Shown here in pieces: positions 21,588 to 32,730 of a stretch of 64,000 nucleotides of DNA (positions are counted from its first letter, which is position 1; every line of letters starts with the position of its first letter). A model generated the notes under the pieces. The model did not search any database and had not been told where the DNA came from. It saw only the letters and a list, made by a program, of their open reading frames with translations. A program made the position numbers and the translations under genes. This DNA is from an uncultured SAR86 cluster bacterium (GTDB lineage: Bacteria > Pseudomonadota > Gammaproteobacteria > Magnimaribacterales > D2472), in assembly GCA_902591565.1 (NCBI GenBank), contig CACJBC010000001.1, forward strand, positions 132,758 to 196,757. Direction: 5' to 3'.

Positions 21588-23170
21588 TAGTCAACTTTTG
21601 GCGGTGTTGTAAACGTATGATAAGGAGCGGGTGAGGCAACAGTCCACTCAAGACCTCTTGCACCTTCCCAAACTTGATCAGTTGCTTTTTTGCCGCCCAT
21701 CACAGTCTTAAGAACTATAAATAAAAATAAGATTTGAGAAACACCAAATAAGAAGGCTCCAACAGAAGAAACCATGTTCCAGTCTGCAAATTGCAATGCA
21801 TAGTCTGGATATCTTCTAGGCATACCAGCAAGCCCAATAAAGTGCTGTGGGAAGAAAGTAACATTAACACCAATAAAAGATAACCAGAAATGAAGTTTGC
21901 CCAATCTTTCATCGTACATATTCCCAGACCATTTTGGTATCCAGTAATAAACAGCTGCCATTATTGAAAAGATAGCTCCAGGAACTAATACATAATGGAA
22001 ATGAGCTACAACAAAATATGTGTCGTGATATTGGAAATCAGCCGGCACTATCGCAAGCATCAGACCTGATAAACCACCAATAGTAAATAAGACAACAAAT
22101 GCAATCGCAAAAAGCATTGGGGTTTCAAATGTAAGGGATCCTTTGAACATTGTTGCAACCCAGTTAAAAACTTTTACTCCCGTTGGAACAGCAATTAACA
22201 TTGTTGCCCACATAAAAAATAACTCTGCTGCAAGAGGCAAACCAACAGTAAACATGTGATGAGCCCAAACAACAAAAGATAATATTGCAATCGAGAGCAT
22301 CGCCCAAACCATGGAGGAGTATCCAAAGAGCTGCTTCCTAGAAAAAGTTTCAATAATATGAGAAACAATTCCAAAGGCGGGCAGAATCATAATATAAACC
22401 TCTGGGTGACCAAAGAACCAGAAGATATGCTGAAATAAAACAGGATCGCCACCACCTGCTGCATTAAAGAAACTGGTTCCAAAATGTATATCCATTAACA
22501 TCATGGTTACTGCACCAGCAAGTACTGGCATAACTGCTATTAATAAATAAGCTGTTATGAGCCAAGACCATACAAACAAAGGCATTTTCATTAACGTAAC
22601 GCCAGGAGCTCTCATGTTCATAATAGTTACTACAACATTAATAGCCCCCATAATTGATGAGGCTCCCATTATATGAACTGAGAAAATAAAGAAAGTAACA
22701 CTAGGAGGTGCATACGTTGTTGACAAAGGTGCATAGAATGTCCAACCGAAGTTAGGTGCTCCACCCTCCATAAACAAAGATGACAATAAAATAAAGAAAG
22801 CAAAAGGCAATATCCAAAAACTTAAATTATTCATTCTTGGCAAAGCCATATCTGGAGCACCAATCATCATTGGAACAAGCCAGTTTGCTAAGCCAACGAA
22901 GGCTGGCATGACACCGCCAAAAATCATTATCAACCCATGCAGTGTGATCATCTGATTATAAAATTCCGGTTCAACTATTTGCATGCCAGGCTGAAACAAT
23001 TCAGCTCTTATAACCAATGCCATTGCCCCACCAATTAGGAACATCGCAAAACTAAACCATAGATATAAAGTACCTATATCTTTATGGTTAGTTGTATATA
23101 ACCATCTAGTTAAGCCCTTTGCCGGACCGTGATGATGATCGTCGTGATGATTTTCTATTACTGCGCTCAT
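21587..23170 (-). CDS. coxA: cytochrome c oxidase subunit I (aa3, A1 type)
   Basis: TTNHKDIG, WFFGHPEVY, WAHHMF, AHFHY, GMPRR. Confidence 0.98.
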   Translation of the reverse strand: MSAVIENHHDDHHHGPAKGLTRWLYTTNHKDIGTLYLWFSFAMFLIGGAMALVIRAELFQPGMQIVEPEFYNQMITLHGLIMIFGGVMPAFVGLANWLVPMMIGAPDMALPRMNNLSFWILPFAFFILLSSLFMEGGAPNFGWTFYAPLSTTYAPPSVTFFIFSVHIMGASSIMGAINVVVTIMNMRAPGVTLMKMPLFVWSWLITAYLLIAVMPVLAGAVTMMLMDIHFGTSFFNAAGGGDPVLFQHIFWFFGHPEVYIMILPAFGIVSHIIETFSRKQLFGYSSMVWAMLSIAILSFVVWAHHMFTVGLPLAAELFFMWATMLIAVPTGVKVFNWVATMFKGSLTFETPMLFAIAFVVLFTIGGLSGLMLAIVPADFQYHDTYFVVAHFHYVLVPGAIFSIMAAVYYWIPKWSGNMYDERLGKLHFWLSFIGVNVTFFPQHFIGLAGMPRRYPDYALQFADWNMVSSVGAFLFGVSQILFLFIVLKTVMGGKKATDQVWEGARGLEWTVASPAPYHTFTTPPKVD

Positions 23171-23191
23171 ATTTACTTACTCTCTTTAATA

Positions 23192-24337
23192 TTAAATCTT
23201 TGGTTTTTTATAATCTACGATATCTTTTGGAACTACTATTTCGCCGTCTCCGTTTTCAGCATTTCCCCATGACTGACGGGTATATGTTATTACAGCTGCT
23301 AGCTCTACTTCAGATAAATAGCTAAACGAATTCATTGCAGCTCCTTGAACACCTTCCATTAATATCTCGATATTTTTATCTTTTTGGTTCATAACAATAT
23401 CGCTACCAGCCAACGCAGGAAATATTCCTGGAATACCTTGTCCATTTGTTTGGTGGCATGCAACACAGTTAACTGCATATACGCTTTCACCTCTTTCAAC
23501 TAATTCTTGCGCTGTCCAATCTTTCGTAGTGAGTTCTGCCATTTTAATAGCTGCTTGTTTTTTTTCGTCTACCCATTGGTTGTATTCTTCTTGTTCAACT
23601 ACCTTTACAACAATAGGCATAAAACCATGATTCTTGCCACATAGCTCAGTACACTTGCCACGATATACACCCGGCTTGTCAACTTTGGTCCAAGCAGTGT
23701 TCACAAAACCTGGTATTGCATCTTGTTTAATTGCAAAAGCTGGCATCCACCATGAATGAATTACGTCATTTGCTGTAATCAAGAATCTTACTTTTTTGCC
23801 AGCAGGTATTACGACCATCTCATCTACCTCTTGAAGGTAATGCTCTCCTTTAGGAACAAGATTATTAATCTCATCCATATCAGTTGAGAGGTTTGAAAAG
23901 AAACTTATATCATCTTCAAGATAGTTGTACTGCCATTTCCACTGATAGCCAGTAACCTGTATGTTTACATCTCCAGCCTCATCATCGTAAATTTTTACTA
24001 AAGTCTTTGAAGCGGGAACAGCCATAGCAATAAGAATTAAAAATGGAACTATAGTCCATGCTATTTCAAGTTTATGATTTTCATGAAAAGAAGCTGCTAC
24101 CGGATTTTTTTTCTTTGTATGTGCATACATCGAATAAAACATAACGCTAAAAACAACCACGCCAATAGCAACACAAATCCAAAAGATAAGCATATGAAGT
24201 TCAAAAACTTCATTGCTAATATCAGTTACACCCCTTGTCATGTTAAGAGCGAACCAGTCTGCTTGCATTGGAGATGCAAAAACAAACAATGGTGAGAAAA
24301 TCTTTAAAGGAAGATTTTGAAAATATTTCAAAGACAT
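23192..24337 (-). CDS. coxB: cytochrome c oxidase subunit II with C-terminal cytochrome c domain
   Basis: DVIHSW, CTELCGKNHGFM CuA site, CVACHQ. Confidence 0.97.
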   Translation of the reverse strand: MSLKYFQNLPLKIFSPLFVFASPMQADWFALNMTRGVTDISNEVFELHMLIFWICVAIGVVVFSVMFYSMYAHTKKKNPVAASFHENHKLEIAWTIVPFLILIAMAVPASKTLVKIYDDEAGDVNIQVTGYQWKWQYNYLEDDISFFSNLSTDMDEINNLVPKGEHYLQEVDEMVVIPAGKKVRFLITANDVIHSWWMPAFAIKQDAIPGFVNTAWTKVDKPGVYRGKCTELCGKNHGFMPIVVKVVEQEEYNQWVDEKKQAAIKMAELTTKDWTAQELVERGESVYAVNCVACHQTNGQGIPGIFPALAGSDIVMNQKDKNIEILMEGVQGAAMNSFSYLSEVELAAVITYTRQSWGNAENGDGEIVVPKDIVDYKKPKI

Positions 24338-24468
24338 TTTTTTATCCTATGTGTATGCTTTATAAAATAATGTTTAGTTATATATAATTATAAGGCATAT
24401 CTATAATTAAAACAAAATTGTGCATGTATTTTTTTGGTGCATATGATATCTTTTTGTGCGTTTTTTTA

Positions 24469-24669
24469 CTAGCTTTTAGAGGCTTTATAGTCTTGCATAT
24501 TTATGACGTTTATAAGCTCATTTTTCTCAGCTACTGACTTAGGTCTTTCTTCTGAAAAATTACACTTTACACAGTAAATTAGATCATTTTCAGCATTGAT
24601 AGCAATAGTGTCTTGAGCACCACACTCAGGACATTTAGCGCCGGCTATGAATTGGACCATTTTTTTCAT
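24469..24669 (-). CDS. YheV-like zinc-ribbon protein
   Basis: FIAGAKCPEC...CVKC; ATGA overlap with aroE. Confidence 0.8.
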   Translation of the reverse strand: MKKMVQFIAGAKCPECGAQDTIAINAENDLIYCVKCNFSEERPKSVAEKNELINVINMQDYKASKS

Positions 24670-25481
24670 TTTGAAAGGCCTTCAATATCTTTTATTACTG
24701 AATTTGTTTCGGGAATGGAGCCAAACCAGTGATTGAATGATAGTGCAGCTTGATTCACTAGCATTCCAATACCATCATAAACTTGATTAGAGTATTCTTC
24801 AGCCCACTCACAAAAAGGGGTTTTTGCTAGTGAATAATTTAAGTCGTAAAAAACAGCTGATTCTGATACTGATATATTTGATGGGGTAGAGAATTCACCC
24901 GTTAATCCAGCTGAGCTTCCGTTAACAATAAGATCATACTTTGAATCTTTCATAGAAGTTGTAACAACCTCTGGATTTTTATAATTTGCACAAAGGCTTT
25001 CTGCTTTCTCTTTTGTTCTATTAACAATGGTTATATGTTCAGGTCTAGAGTTGTATAGCTTATATAAAATACTTTCAACAGCGGAGCCAGCCCCAAGAAT
25101 CAATATTTTTTTTCCTTCAGGATTTATAGATTTTTTATGCAAGTCATCAATAAAGCCTGAGCCATCAGTTGACTCTAGGAAAAATTGCTTATCTTTTTTT
25201 ATTATTGTGTTTACTGCATTTATAAATTTTGCTTCATTGCTTAAGTTGCCTTTAATGTTTGTTGCAGCAAGATTTTTTAATGGTAGAGTAACGTTCAATC
25301 CCTTTGCATATTTATCTGAAAAAAACTCCGAGATAAAACCATCGAAAGCTCCTTGCTCTACTCTATATGCTTTGTAATCTAAATTGAGTCCTTCGTTCCT
25401 AGCAAATCTTGAATGAATAAAAGGAGACAACGAATGTTCAATGGGGTTTCCAATAACACCTAATTTAAATATCTTAGACAT
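24666..25481 (-). CDS. aroE: shikimate dehydrogenase
   Basis: GNPIEHSLSPFIH, NVTLPLK, AVNT, DGIGMLVNQA. Confidence 0.95.
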   Translation of the reverse strand: MSKIFKLGVIGNPIEHSLSPFIHSRFARNEGLNLDYKAYRVEQGAFDGFISEFFSDKYAKGLNVTLPLKNLAATNIKGNLSNEAKFINAVNTIIKKDKQFFLESTDGSGFIDDLHKKSINPEGKKILILGAGSAVESILYKLYNSRPEHITIVNRTKEKAESLCANYKNPEVVTTSMKDSKYDLIVNGSSAGLTGEFSTPSNISVSESAVFYDLNYSLAKTPFCEWAEEYSNQVYDGIGMLVNQAALSFNHWFGSIPETNSVIKDIEGLSK

Positions 25482-26379
25482 TCCAATCCGTATCTATAAA
25501 TTTTAACAATTTTTTCTCCATAGCTGCGTGCTCTTTCGTCTTTTTATAAGACCATTTAACATCGCTTGGCAATGATGCAAGTATTGACTCTATTCTTCCA
25601 TTTGATTGAAGACCAAATGCAGTCCCCCTGTCATAGACAAGATTAAATTCAGCATACCTTCCTCTTCTCAACAACTGAAAATCTTTTTGTGACTTGGTAT
25701 ATTTTTTGCTCTTTCTTAGATTCGCTAGTGTTGTGTATGAATTTTTATATTGACTGGCAGTATCAGACAAAAAAAACAGGGTCTTTTGAAGACTTAATTG
25801 TTTAAAATTGTCAAAAAAAATGCCTCCTATGCCTCTTCTTTCATTTCTGTGAGGTATATAAAAGTATTCATTACAATTTTTTGAGAATTTTTTATAAAAA
25901 GTTTTGTTATATCCGTCTAAAAAAGTTTTTGCATCTTTATGCCATTTTTTACAATCACTTTTATAGGGTAGAAAAGGTGTTAAATCATAACCACCACCTG
26001 ACCACCACTCTTTAATATTCTTTTTACTGTCTAAAATACAAAACAATCTAATATTCATGTGACTGGTTGGCACATTGGGATTTTTTGGGTGTGATATAAC
26101 AGATACGCCCATAGCCTGATATCCGTAATTTGAAGATTTGGTTATCAGGTTTCCAAGAGCTGCCTTTGGAAGTTTTTTTCCCTTAATGGAGGAAAAATTT
26201 ACTGCACAATTATCAAAAAAATTACCACCTTGAATTATGAATGTTTTACCACCACCTCCCTCAGGCCTTTTCCATGAGTCACATACAATCTTTGCGTTTT
26301 TAGATTTTTCTAGATCTGTAAATGATTTGATTATCTCTGCCTGAGAATCAATGAATATTTTTTCTAGGTTTTTAATCAT
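25474..26379 (-). CDS. hemF: oxygen-dependent coproporphyrinogen III oxidase
   Basis: HPKNPNVPTSHMN, GGGYDLTP, RGRYAEFNLVYDRGT. Confidence 0.96.
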   Translation of the reverse strand: MIKNLEKIFIDSQAEIIKSFTDLEKSKNAKIVCDSWKRPEGGGGKTFIIQGGNFFDNCAVNFSSIKGKKLPKAALGNLITKSSNYGYQAMGVSVISHPKNPNVPTSHMNIRLFCILDSKKNIKEWWSGGGYDLTPFLPYKSDCKKWHKDAKTFLDGYNKTFYKKFSKNCNEYFYIPHRNERRGIGGIFFDNFKQLSLQKTLFFLSDTASQYKNSYTTLANLRKSKKYTKSQKDFQLLRRGRYAEFNLVYDRGTAFGLQSNGRIESILASLPSDVKWSYKKTKEHAAMEKKLLKFIDTDWNV

Positions 26380-26380
26380 A

Positions 26381-26941
26381 TTAATCTCTGATTACAGCTC
26401 TAGTATGAAGGTCAATTATTTTTGACGGTTTATTATTATTGCCTAGTTTATCATCAAAATAAGCTACATCAGACTCATTGAACACTCGCATAATTTCATC
26501 AATATTAGTTAAATTATCTTGGCCAGAAATATTTGCTGATGTTGAGACCATTATTCCATTAAATGTTTTAAGTAATGCTTTTATAGGATAGTGATTACTC
26601 ACTCTCAGTGCTATTTTACCACTTGCATTTTGTAAATGTTCTGGCAATTTTTCATCATAATTTATTAGCAATGTTGTTGGGCCGGGCCACACTGTATCAA
26701 TAAAATTTAGGTCCTCAACGGATAGTTTATTTATATATTTTGAGATGGTATCGAGGGAATCTATTAATAAAATAAAACTTTTATTTTTTGGTCTTTTTTT
26801 AAGATCATATATTCTTAAAAAACTTTCTTTATTAAGTGCGTCACAACCTATTCCCCAGATGCCTTCTGTTGGATGAATTAAAATCTTACCTTCAGCCAAA
26901 TGATTGGCCGAAGATAAAAGATTTAAAGATTTTTTATGCAA
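26381..26941 (-). CDS. tsaC: threonylcarbamoyl-AMP synthase (YrdC/Sua5)
   Basis: PTEGIWGIGC, K.RP..K, WPGPTT, STSANISG. Confidence 0.92.
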   Translation of the reverse strand: MHKKSLNLLSSANHLAEGKILIHPTEGIWGIGCDALNKESFLRIYDLKKRPKNKSFILLIDSLDTISKYINKLSVEDLNFIDTVWPGPTTLLINYDEKLPEHLQNASGKIALRVSNHYPIKALLKTFNGIMVSTSANISGQDNLTNIDEIMRVFNESDVAYFDDKLGNNNKPSKIIDLHTRAVIRD

Positions 26942-27442
26942 TTAAGAATTAAGTGCCTGATCTTTTTTTAGAACCTCGTCACGCATATTACTTTTATATT
27001 CTGAAAGTTTTGCTGCCAGAGCATCATCTGAAGTAGCTAAAATTTGAACTGCAAGAATTGCACTATTTTTTGCTCCAGCCTTACCCACAGCAACAGTAGC
27101 AACTGGAACACCAGGCGGCATCATAGCTGTTGATAACAAAGAGTCTATTCCACCCATTCCGCCTGATTCTATAGGGATACCTATAACAGGCCTTGTTGAG
27201 TGTGCTGCAACAGCTCCAGCTAGATGGGCTGCCATGCCTGCAGCAGCAATAAATACCTTACATCCGTTTTTTTCTGAGGTTTTAATCAATTCCATTACTT
27301 CATGAGGTGTTCTGTGAGCAGACATTACGTTTTTTGTGTAATTAACGCCAAAAGAGTCCAAAATAGCAAAACTAGCCTCTACAATAGGCAAATCAGAGTC
27401 TGAACCCATTATTATTGCTACATCTGTGGTTGAATTAGTCAT
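26942..27442 (-). CDS. purE: PurE (N5-CAIR mutase)
   Basis: MGSDSD, SAHRTP, AAHLAG, MPPGVPVATV. Confidence 0.95.
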   Translation of the reverse strand: MTNSTTDVAIIMGSDSDLPIVEASFAILDSFGVNYTKNVMSAHRTPHEVMELIKTSEKNGCKVFIAAAGMAAHLAGAVAAHSTRPVIGIPIESGGMGGIDSLLSTAMMPPGVPVATVAVGKAGAKNSAILAVQILATSDDALAAKLSEYKSNMRDEVLKKDQALNS

Positions 27443-27516
27443 AATTTTTAAAATAAATAGTTGTTAATAATACAAAGAGATTATAATGGTGGAATATATA
27501 AAAAAATAGTGATTTT

Positions 27517-28011
27517 ATGGCAGAAAAACTAAAAATTTTGAAATTTCCAGATCCAAGACTGAGAACTGTTGCTAAGAAAGTTGATAAATTCGACAAAAGT
27601 CTAGAAAAGCTTACTGAAGATATGCTTCATACAATGTATGAAGATAATGGAATTGGTCTTGCAGCAACTCAAGTAAATAGACATATCAGAGTAATAGTTA
27701 TGGATTTGAGTGAAGAAAGGAATGAACCAAGAGTTTTTATTAATCCTGAATACAAGATTTTAAATAAAGAATCACTTGCATCATTTGAAGAGGGATGCCT
27801 TTCGGTTCCAGGATTTACTGAAGAAATCATAAGACCAGATAAAATAGAGCTTGAATGGCAGGATCTATCGGGCGAATTTCACCAAGATACTCCAGATGGG
27901 CTTCTAACTATATGTATACAGCATGAAATAGACCATTTAGAAGGTAAGTTAATGGTTGATTATATAAGTCCTATTAAACGCGATAGAATTAGGAAAAAGC
28001 TTTCAAAGTAA
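27517..28011 (+). CDS. def: peptide deformylase
   Basis: [20 protein letters not shown]. Confidence 0.97.
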   Translation: MAEKLKILKFPDPRLRTVAKKVDKFDKSLEKLTEDMLHTMYEDNGIGLAATQVNRHIRVIVMDLSEERNEPRVFINPEYKILNKESLASFEEGCLSVPGFTEEIIRPDKIELEWQDLSGEFHQDTPDGLLTICIQHEIDHLEGKLMVDYISPIKRDRIRKKLSK

Positions 28012-28057
28012 GAAATAAAGAGATTTTTAAAGAAATTATAAGATTTTAAGCGATTTT

Positions 28058-28981
28058 ATGAATATTTTATTTGCTGGAACGCCTGAACCCTCAGCTAATC
28101 TGCTGCAATCATTGGCAAACAATGAGTGTATAAATATTATTGGTGTTATAACAAAACCAGATGTAGCCAAAAAAAGAGGTAACAAAATACAACAATCTAA
28201 AGTCTCTCTTGCTGCATCTGAAGCCGACCTTAAAATATTCAAGCCTGATAATTTAAACTCAGGAGAATTCAAAGAGACTATATTAAAACTAGACTTTGAT
28301 TTTTTGGTTGTAGCAGCATATGGAAAAATACTTCCAGATTGGATGTTAGAAAGTCCAAAGATTATGCCAATTAATATTCATTACTCTCTTCTACCAAAAT
28401 ATAGGGGAGCATCACCGATTCAGTCTTGTCTATTAAACGGTGATAAAAAAACTGGCATAACTTTTATCAAAATGAGTAATAAATTAGATGAAGGTGACTG
28501 CATTCAAAAATATGAAATTGAGGTGCATCCAGATCATAACAAAATAACGCTTGAAAATGAGCTAAGTAATTTAGCTATAAAAAATATTTACAATGTGTTA
28601 TCCGATATTGCTATGAAGAATTTTACTTTATTAAAACAAGATAATAATGAATCCTCATACTGTAAAAAAATTGACAAGAAAGATTCAATGATAAATTTTA
28701 CAATGTCATCTAGTGAAATATATAACAAATTTAGAGCGTTTTACGAATGGCCAGGAATAAGTTTTGAGCATAAAGGAATAACAATAAAAATTAAAGAAAT
28801 GTATGTAATAGGTGATAATAATTTTAATACCATTGATAATGTTTTTAATTTTACTAACTTGGGTTTAATTATAAAAACAGTAGATAAAAACATAGTGATT
28901 ACTCACTTACAGTTCCCAAATAAAAATATAATAACCTCAAAGGATGCTTTTAATGCCTATAAAGAGTTCTTTGATGTCTAA
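28058..28981 (+). CDS. fmt: methionyl-tRNA formyltransferase
   Basis: FAGTP, AAYGKIL, NIHYSLLPKYRGASPI. Confidence 0.95.
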   Translation: MNILFAGTPEPSANLLQSLANNECINIIGVITKPDVAKKRGNKIQQSKVSLAASEADLKIFKPDNLNSGEFKETILKLDFDFLVVAAYGKILPDWMLESPKIMPINIHYSLLPKYRGASPIQSCLLNGDKKTGITFIKMSNKLDEGDCIQKYEIEVHPDHNKITLENELSNLAIKNIYNVLSDIAMKNFTLLKQDNNESSYCKKIDKKDSMINFTMSSSEIYNKFRAFYEWPGISFEHKGITIKIKEMYVIGDNNFNTIDNVFNFTNLGLIIKTVDKNIVITHLQFPNKNIITSKDAFNAYKEFFDV

Positions 28982-29036
28982 TTTAATTTACGTGATAGTC
29001 TTTTAATTAGATTAAAAGAGGTTTAATTTATCAACT

Positions 29037-30386
29037 ATGAAAATTGTAATATTGGGTGCTGGAAGAATTGGCGGCAGCCTTGCTAGAAATTTATCAAATT
29101 CTAACTACGAAGTATGTGTGGTTGATGAGAATAAAAACAGACTATCGGAACTCGAAGATAGATTAGATATTATGACTGTTGAGGGTTCAGCTTCGCACCT
29201 TAAAACATTAAAAAAATCTAATCTTGATGAAGAGTCAATTATTTTAGCTGTTACATCAAACGATGAAGTAAATATTGTTGCATGCCAAATTGCTAAGAAA
29301 TTTTTTAATGTGAAGAAAACTATATGTCGATTCAAAGATAATTCATACTTTGAGAATCTAGATATTTTTGGTGAGGGTGTAATTGATATACCAATAAGTC
29401 CTGAAGATGAAATAACTACGCATTTAAAAGAGTTAATTAATCATCCTGGAGCAAATCAAATTGAAAGTTTTGCTAATGGAAAAGTAAAGTTGGTTTCAGT
29501 AAAGGCAAAGAAAAAAGGCAAGCTTGTTGGAAGAGAGCTTAAGGGTATTAAAGAGGATATGCCCAATATTGATGCTTTTGTTGCTTCTATATATAGAAAA
29601 GGTAATCCATTTATACCTTCTGGGGACACCATTATTAAAGAAAACGACGAAATTTATTTTATATCATCTGAATCTAACATAGGGCCTATTGTTGATGAGT
29701 TTAGGGACCACGAGGATCAATATTCCAGAATTATGATTGCAGGAGGAGGTAAAGTTGGTTTTTCTTTGGCAAAAGGCATTGAGAAAGACTATAACGTCAA
29801 ACTAATTGATTCTAATGGTGAAAGATGCAAGGTTTTATCAAAAGAATTAGAAAAAACAATTGTATTAAATGGCTCAGCAACAGATGAATCCCTATTGAAA
29901 AGTGAAAATATAGCAAATATAGACATATTTTGTGCATTAACTGACGACGATGAGACAAATATCATGTCATCATTGCTCGCAAAGAAAATGGGCGCTAAGA
30001 AGACAATGATTATTCTCAATAATCCATCATATCTAGGCCTTGTGCCAGGGTTTATTGATGTTTATATAGCTCCTTACAGGCTTACTGTTTCGTCTGTTCT
30101 TCAAGATCTTAGAGAAAGTGATGTGGCTCAGGATGTAATATTAAAAGTAAATACAGGCGCAGAGGCTATTGAGGGCATTGTTCATGCTAATGAATTTACC
30201 TCTCCACTATTTGGAAAATCAATCAAAGACATCCCCTTGCCTGAAGGGACAGCTATTGCTGCAATTATAAGACATGGTGAACTAATAATGCCTAGTTCAA
30301 GCGTTGAATTAACATTGAATGATCATTTGGTAGTATTTTTATCTGATAAAAATAATATTAATGAAATAGAGGTTCTATTTAAATAA
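29037..30386 (+). CDS. trkA: Trk potassium uptake NAD-binding subunit
   Basis: Two RCK domains with GxGxxG, 449 aa, upstream of trkH. Confidence 0.95.
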   Translation: MKIVILGAGRIGGSLARNLSNSNYEVCVVDENKNRLSELEDRLDIMTVEGSASHLKTLKKSNLDEESIILAVTSNDEVNIVACQIAKKFFNVKKTICRFKDNSYFENLDIFGEGVIDIPISPEDEITTHLKELINHPGANQIESFANGKVKLVSVKAKKKGKLVGRELKGIKEDMPNIDAFVASIYRKGNPFIPSGDTIIKENDEIYFISSESNIGPIVDEFRDHEDQYSRIMIAGGGKVGFSLAKGIEKDYNVKLIDSNGERCKVLSKELEKTIVLNGSATDESLLKSENIANIDIFCALTDDDETNIMSSLLAKKMGAKKTMIILNNPSYLGLVPGFIDVYIAPYRLTVSSVLQDLRESDVAQDVILKVNTGAEAIEGIVHANEFTSPLFGKSIKDIPLPEGTAIAAIIRHGELIMPSSSVELTLNDHLVVFLSDKNNINEIEVLFK

Positions 30387-30390
30387 AACA

Positions 30391-31824
30391 ATGAATTTTA
30401 AACCATTATTGAAGCTATTTAGCATCTTGGTAATGTTTTTTAGTATTTCATTTATCGTGCCCATAATCACGTCTTTTATATATAAAGATGGGGCTTTATC
30501 TGTGTTTGTTATAACCTTTTCAATTGTTTTTATAGTCGGCTTTCTTGGGTGGCTAGTTTCTAAAAATAATACTGAAGATATGACCCACAAAGACGGTTTC
30601 TTGGTTATAACACTTTTTTGGATTGTTTTGTCTTCTGCTGGTTCTATTCCTTTTATTCTTAGCGGAATGACATTAATTGATTCTTTTTTTGAATCAATGT
30701 CTGGAATAACTACTACTGGTGCAACTGTAATCCCTAATTTGAGCGCTCTTCCGGAATCCTTATTGTTGTATAGACAGCTATTACAGTGGATGGGCGGCAT
30801 GGGTTTAATTGTTTTAGCTATAGCTGTGATGCCACTTTTGGGAATTGGAGGAGGCCAGCTTTATAAAACTGAGATACCTGGAGCCATGAATGACCAAAAG
30901 CTAACACCAAGAATTAAGGAAACAGCCCAAGCTTTATGGTTGATATATCTTTTACTTACAATTTTTTGTTCTGTCTTTTACTTTTTTGCTGGGATGAATG
31001 CTTTTGATGCAATTTCTCATAGCTTAAGCACCGTCTCAATTGGCGGTTTTTCAACATATGACAACAGCATTGGGCATTTTGAAAATGGGTTAATTGAAAC
31101 GGTATGTATAATTTTTATGCTTTTATCAGCATTAAGCTTTACATTACATTATTTTGCTTTTTATATGAAAAAACCGCTTAAGTATCTATATGATCCGGAG
31201 CTTAGATTTTTTATATCTATAATGACATGCATTTTCTTGTTATCTATTTTAATTAATTATTTCTCAAACTATCAGCAAGCTTCCATTAGGGAGCTGTTAT
31301 TTCACTCTATATCAATTGTAACAACTACTGGCTTTTCTATAGGAGATACAAATCAGTGGAGCCCATCAATAGGGTTCCTTTTTTTAATCGGTGCATTTAT
31401 AGGCGCATGTTCTGGTTCGGTTGGAGGTGGTATTAAATCTTGGAGAGTATTAATTATGATTAATTACGCATATATTAATCTAAAAAAGATGATTCATCCT
31501 AATGCCATTATATCATTAAAGATTGGAACAAAAAATGTTGAAAATGATGTTGCTGCATCAGTTTGGGGATTCTTTTCTATATATGTGCTCTCTTTTATTA
31601 TTTTATTATTAGGGCTTGTTGTAACCGGACTTGATTTTCAATCAGCATTCTCTGCCATTGGTGCATGTCTTAATAACCTTGGTCCAGGTCTTGGAGAAGT
31701 TGCTCAAACATATGCATCTGTAACTGCTGTGGGCAAGGCAATATTATCTTTTGCAATGATATTGGGAAGACTTGAAATATTCACATTATTGGTTTTATTT
31801 ATGCCTATTTTTTGGCAAAAATAA
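30391..31824 (+). CDS. trkH: Trk potassium uptake membrane subunit
   Basis: FESMSGITTTG, QWMGGMG, GS.GGGIK, NNLGPG, GRLE. Confidence 0.95.
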   Translation: MNFKPLLKLFSILVMFFSISFIVPIITSFIYKDGALSVFVITFSIVFIVGFLGWLVSKNNTEDMTHKDGFLVITLFWIVLSSAGSIPFILSGMTLIDSFFESMSGITTTGATVIPNLSALPESLLLYRQLLQWMGGMGLIVLAIAVMPLLGIGGGQLYKTEIPGAMNDQKLTPRIKETAQALWLIYLLLTIFCSVFYFFAGMNAFDAISHSLSTVSIGGFSTYDNSIGHFENGLIETVCIIFMLLSALSFTLHYFAFYMKKPLKYLYDPELRFFISIMTCIFLLSILINYFSNYQQASIRELLFHSISIVTTTGFSIGDTNQWSPSIGFLFLIGAFIGACSGSVGGGIKSWRVLIMINYAYINLKKMIHPNAIISLKIGTKNVENDVAASVWGFFSIYVLSFIILLLGLVVTGLDFQSAFSAIGACLNNLGPGLGEVAQTYASVTAVGKAILSFAMILGRLEIFTLLVLFMPIFWQK

Positions 31825-31827
31825 TAT

Positions 31828-32691
31828 TTAAATATCTTTGTACGGGTCCTCTCCTGATAAGAGTTTTTTATATCTTTTATATTCCCATGAGTAATCTTTT
31901 GGATTGATGTTAATTAGGTTTTCAATACTTTTGTTTAATGATAGTTTGTACTCACTTTCATTGTATAGGTCTTCTCTTGGCGGTTTTATTGTTATCCCTA
32001 ATTTATTATTTTCAAAAGAGTTAAGGCAAATGAATACTGCTGGCTTTTGAGTTTTGTAAACTAATGTTGAAGCTAGTGTTGTTGTATATGCGTCTATATT
32101 GAATAATTTTATATATTCCCCCATTCCTTCTTGTGGTACTTGATCAGCAGCTATACAGATTGTTTTATTTGCTTTGTAAGCTTGGAAGATTTTTCGGACA
32201 CCGGTCATGCTGGTCTCATATACATTATTATTTTCACCCTCTCTTTGTTTTCTTACAAAACGATCAAGTGCTTTAATTTTTACTTTTTTGTATAGGGTTG
32301 TTGTTGAACATTTTGTATTTACCCATTTGAGCAACATGTCAACACTTCTATTATGAACAGCAATTATTGCAACACCATTGCCAGCTTCAATATGTCTATT
32401 AAGCAGATAGTTGTTTTCAATTCTAAAAATATTTTTTCCTGAATTATGTATGGGTTTGCACCAAGACATAATTGTTTCATGTCCACTCAAAATTGTTTCT
32501 ATAAAACTTTCTATAGCAAGTTGTTCAATTTCAAAATAATTAAGATTTTTATATGTCATTTCTAAATTTCTAAATGTAACTTTATAGGCTGAAGATCTTT
32601 TAAATATTTTTGTTTTAATTATTATTAATGTAACAAGATTTCTTAATAAAGATGTTGGTATTAAAGATACTATATAAAATAAAAACTTCAT
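31828..32691 (-). CDS. lysophospholipid / lipid A acyltransferase (LpxL-like)
   Basis: H-x4-D (HNRSVD), ADQVP, YSWEYKRYK; conserved position next to trkH. Confidence 0.8.
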   Translation of the reverse strand: MKFLFYIVSLIPTSLLRNLVTLIIIKTKIFKRSSAYKVTFRNLEMTYKNLNYFEIEQLAIESFIETILSGHETIMSWCKPIHNSGKNIFRIENNYLLNRHIEAGNGVAIIAVHNRSVDMLLKWVNTKCSTTTLYKKVKIKALDRFVRKQREGENNNVYETSMTGVRKIFQAYKANKTICIAADQVPQEGMGEYIKLFNIDAYTTTLASTLVYKTQKPAVFICLNSFENNKLGITIKPPREDLYNESEYKLSLNKSIENLININPKDYSWEYKRYKKLLSGEDPYKDI

Positions 32692-32730
32692 TCTGATTAC
32701 TTATTCAATGTTTTATAAACAATCATAATT

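Noticed and set aside
27488-27496. GGTGGAATA upstream of def as a remote array site
   Set aside because: It lacks the Ser-Val-Thr part and the stop, and directly follows a TATAAT box; probably chance.
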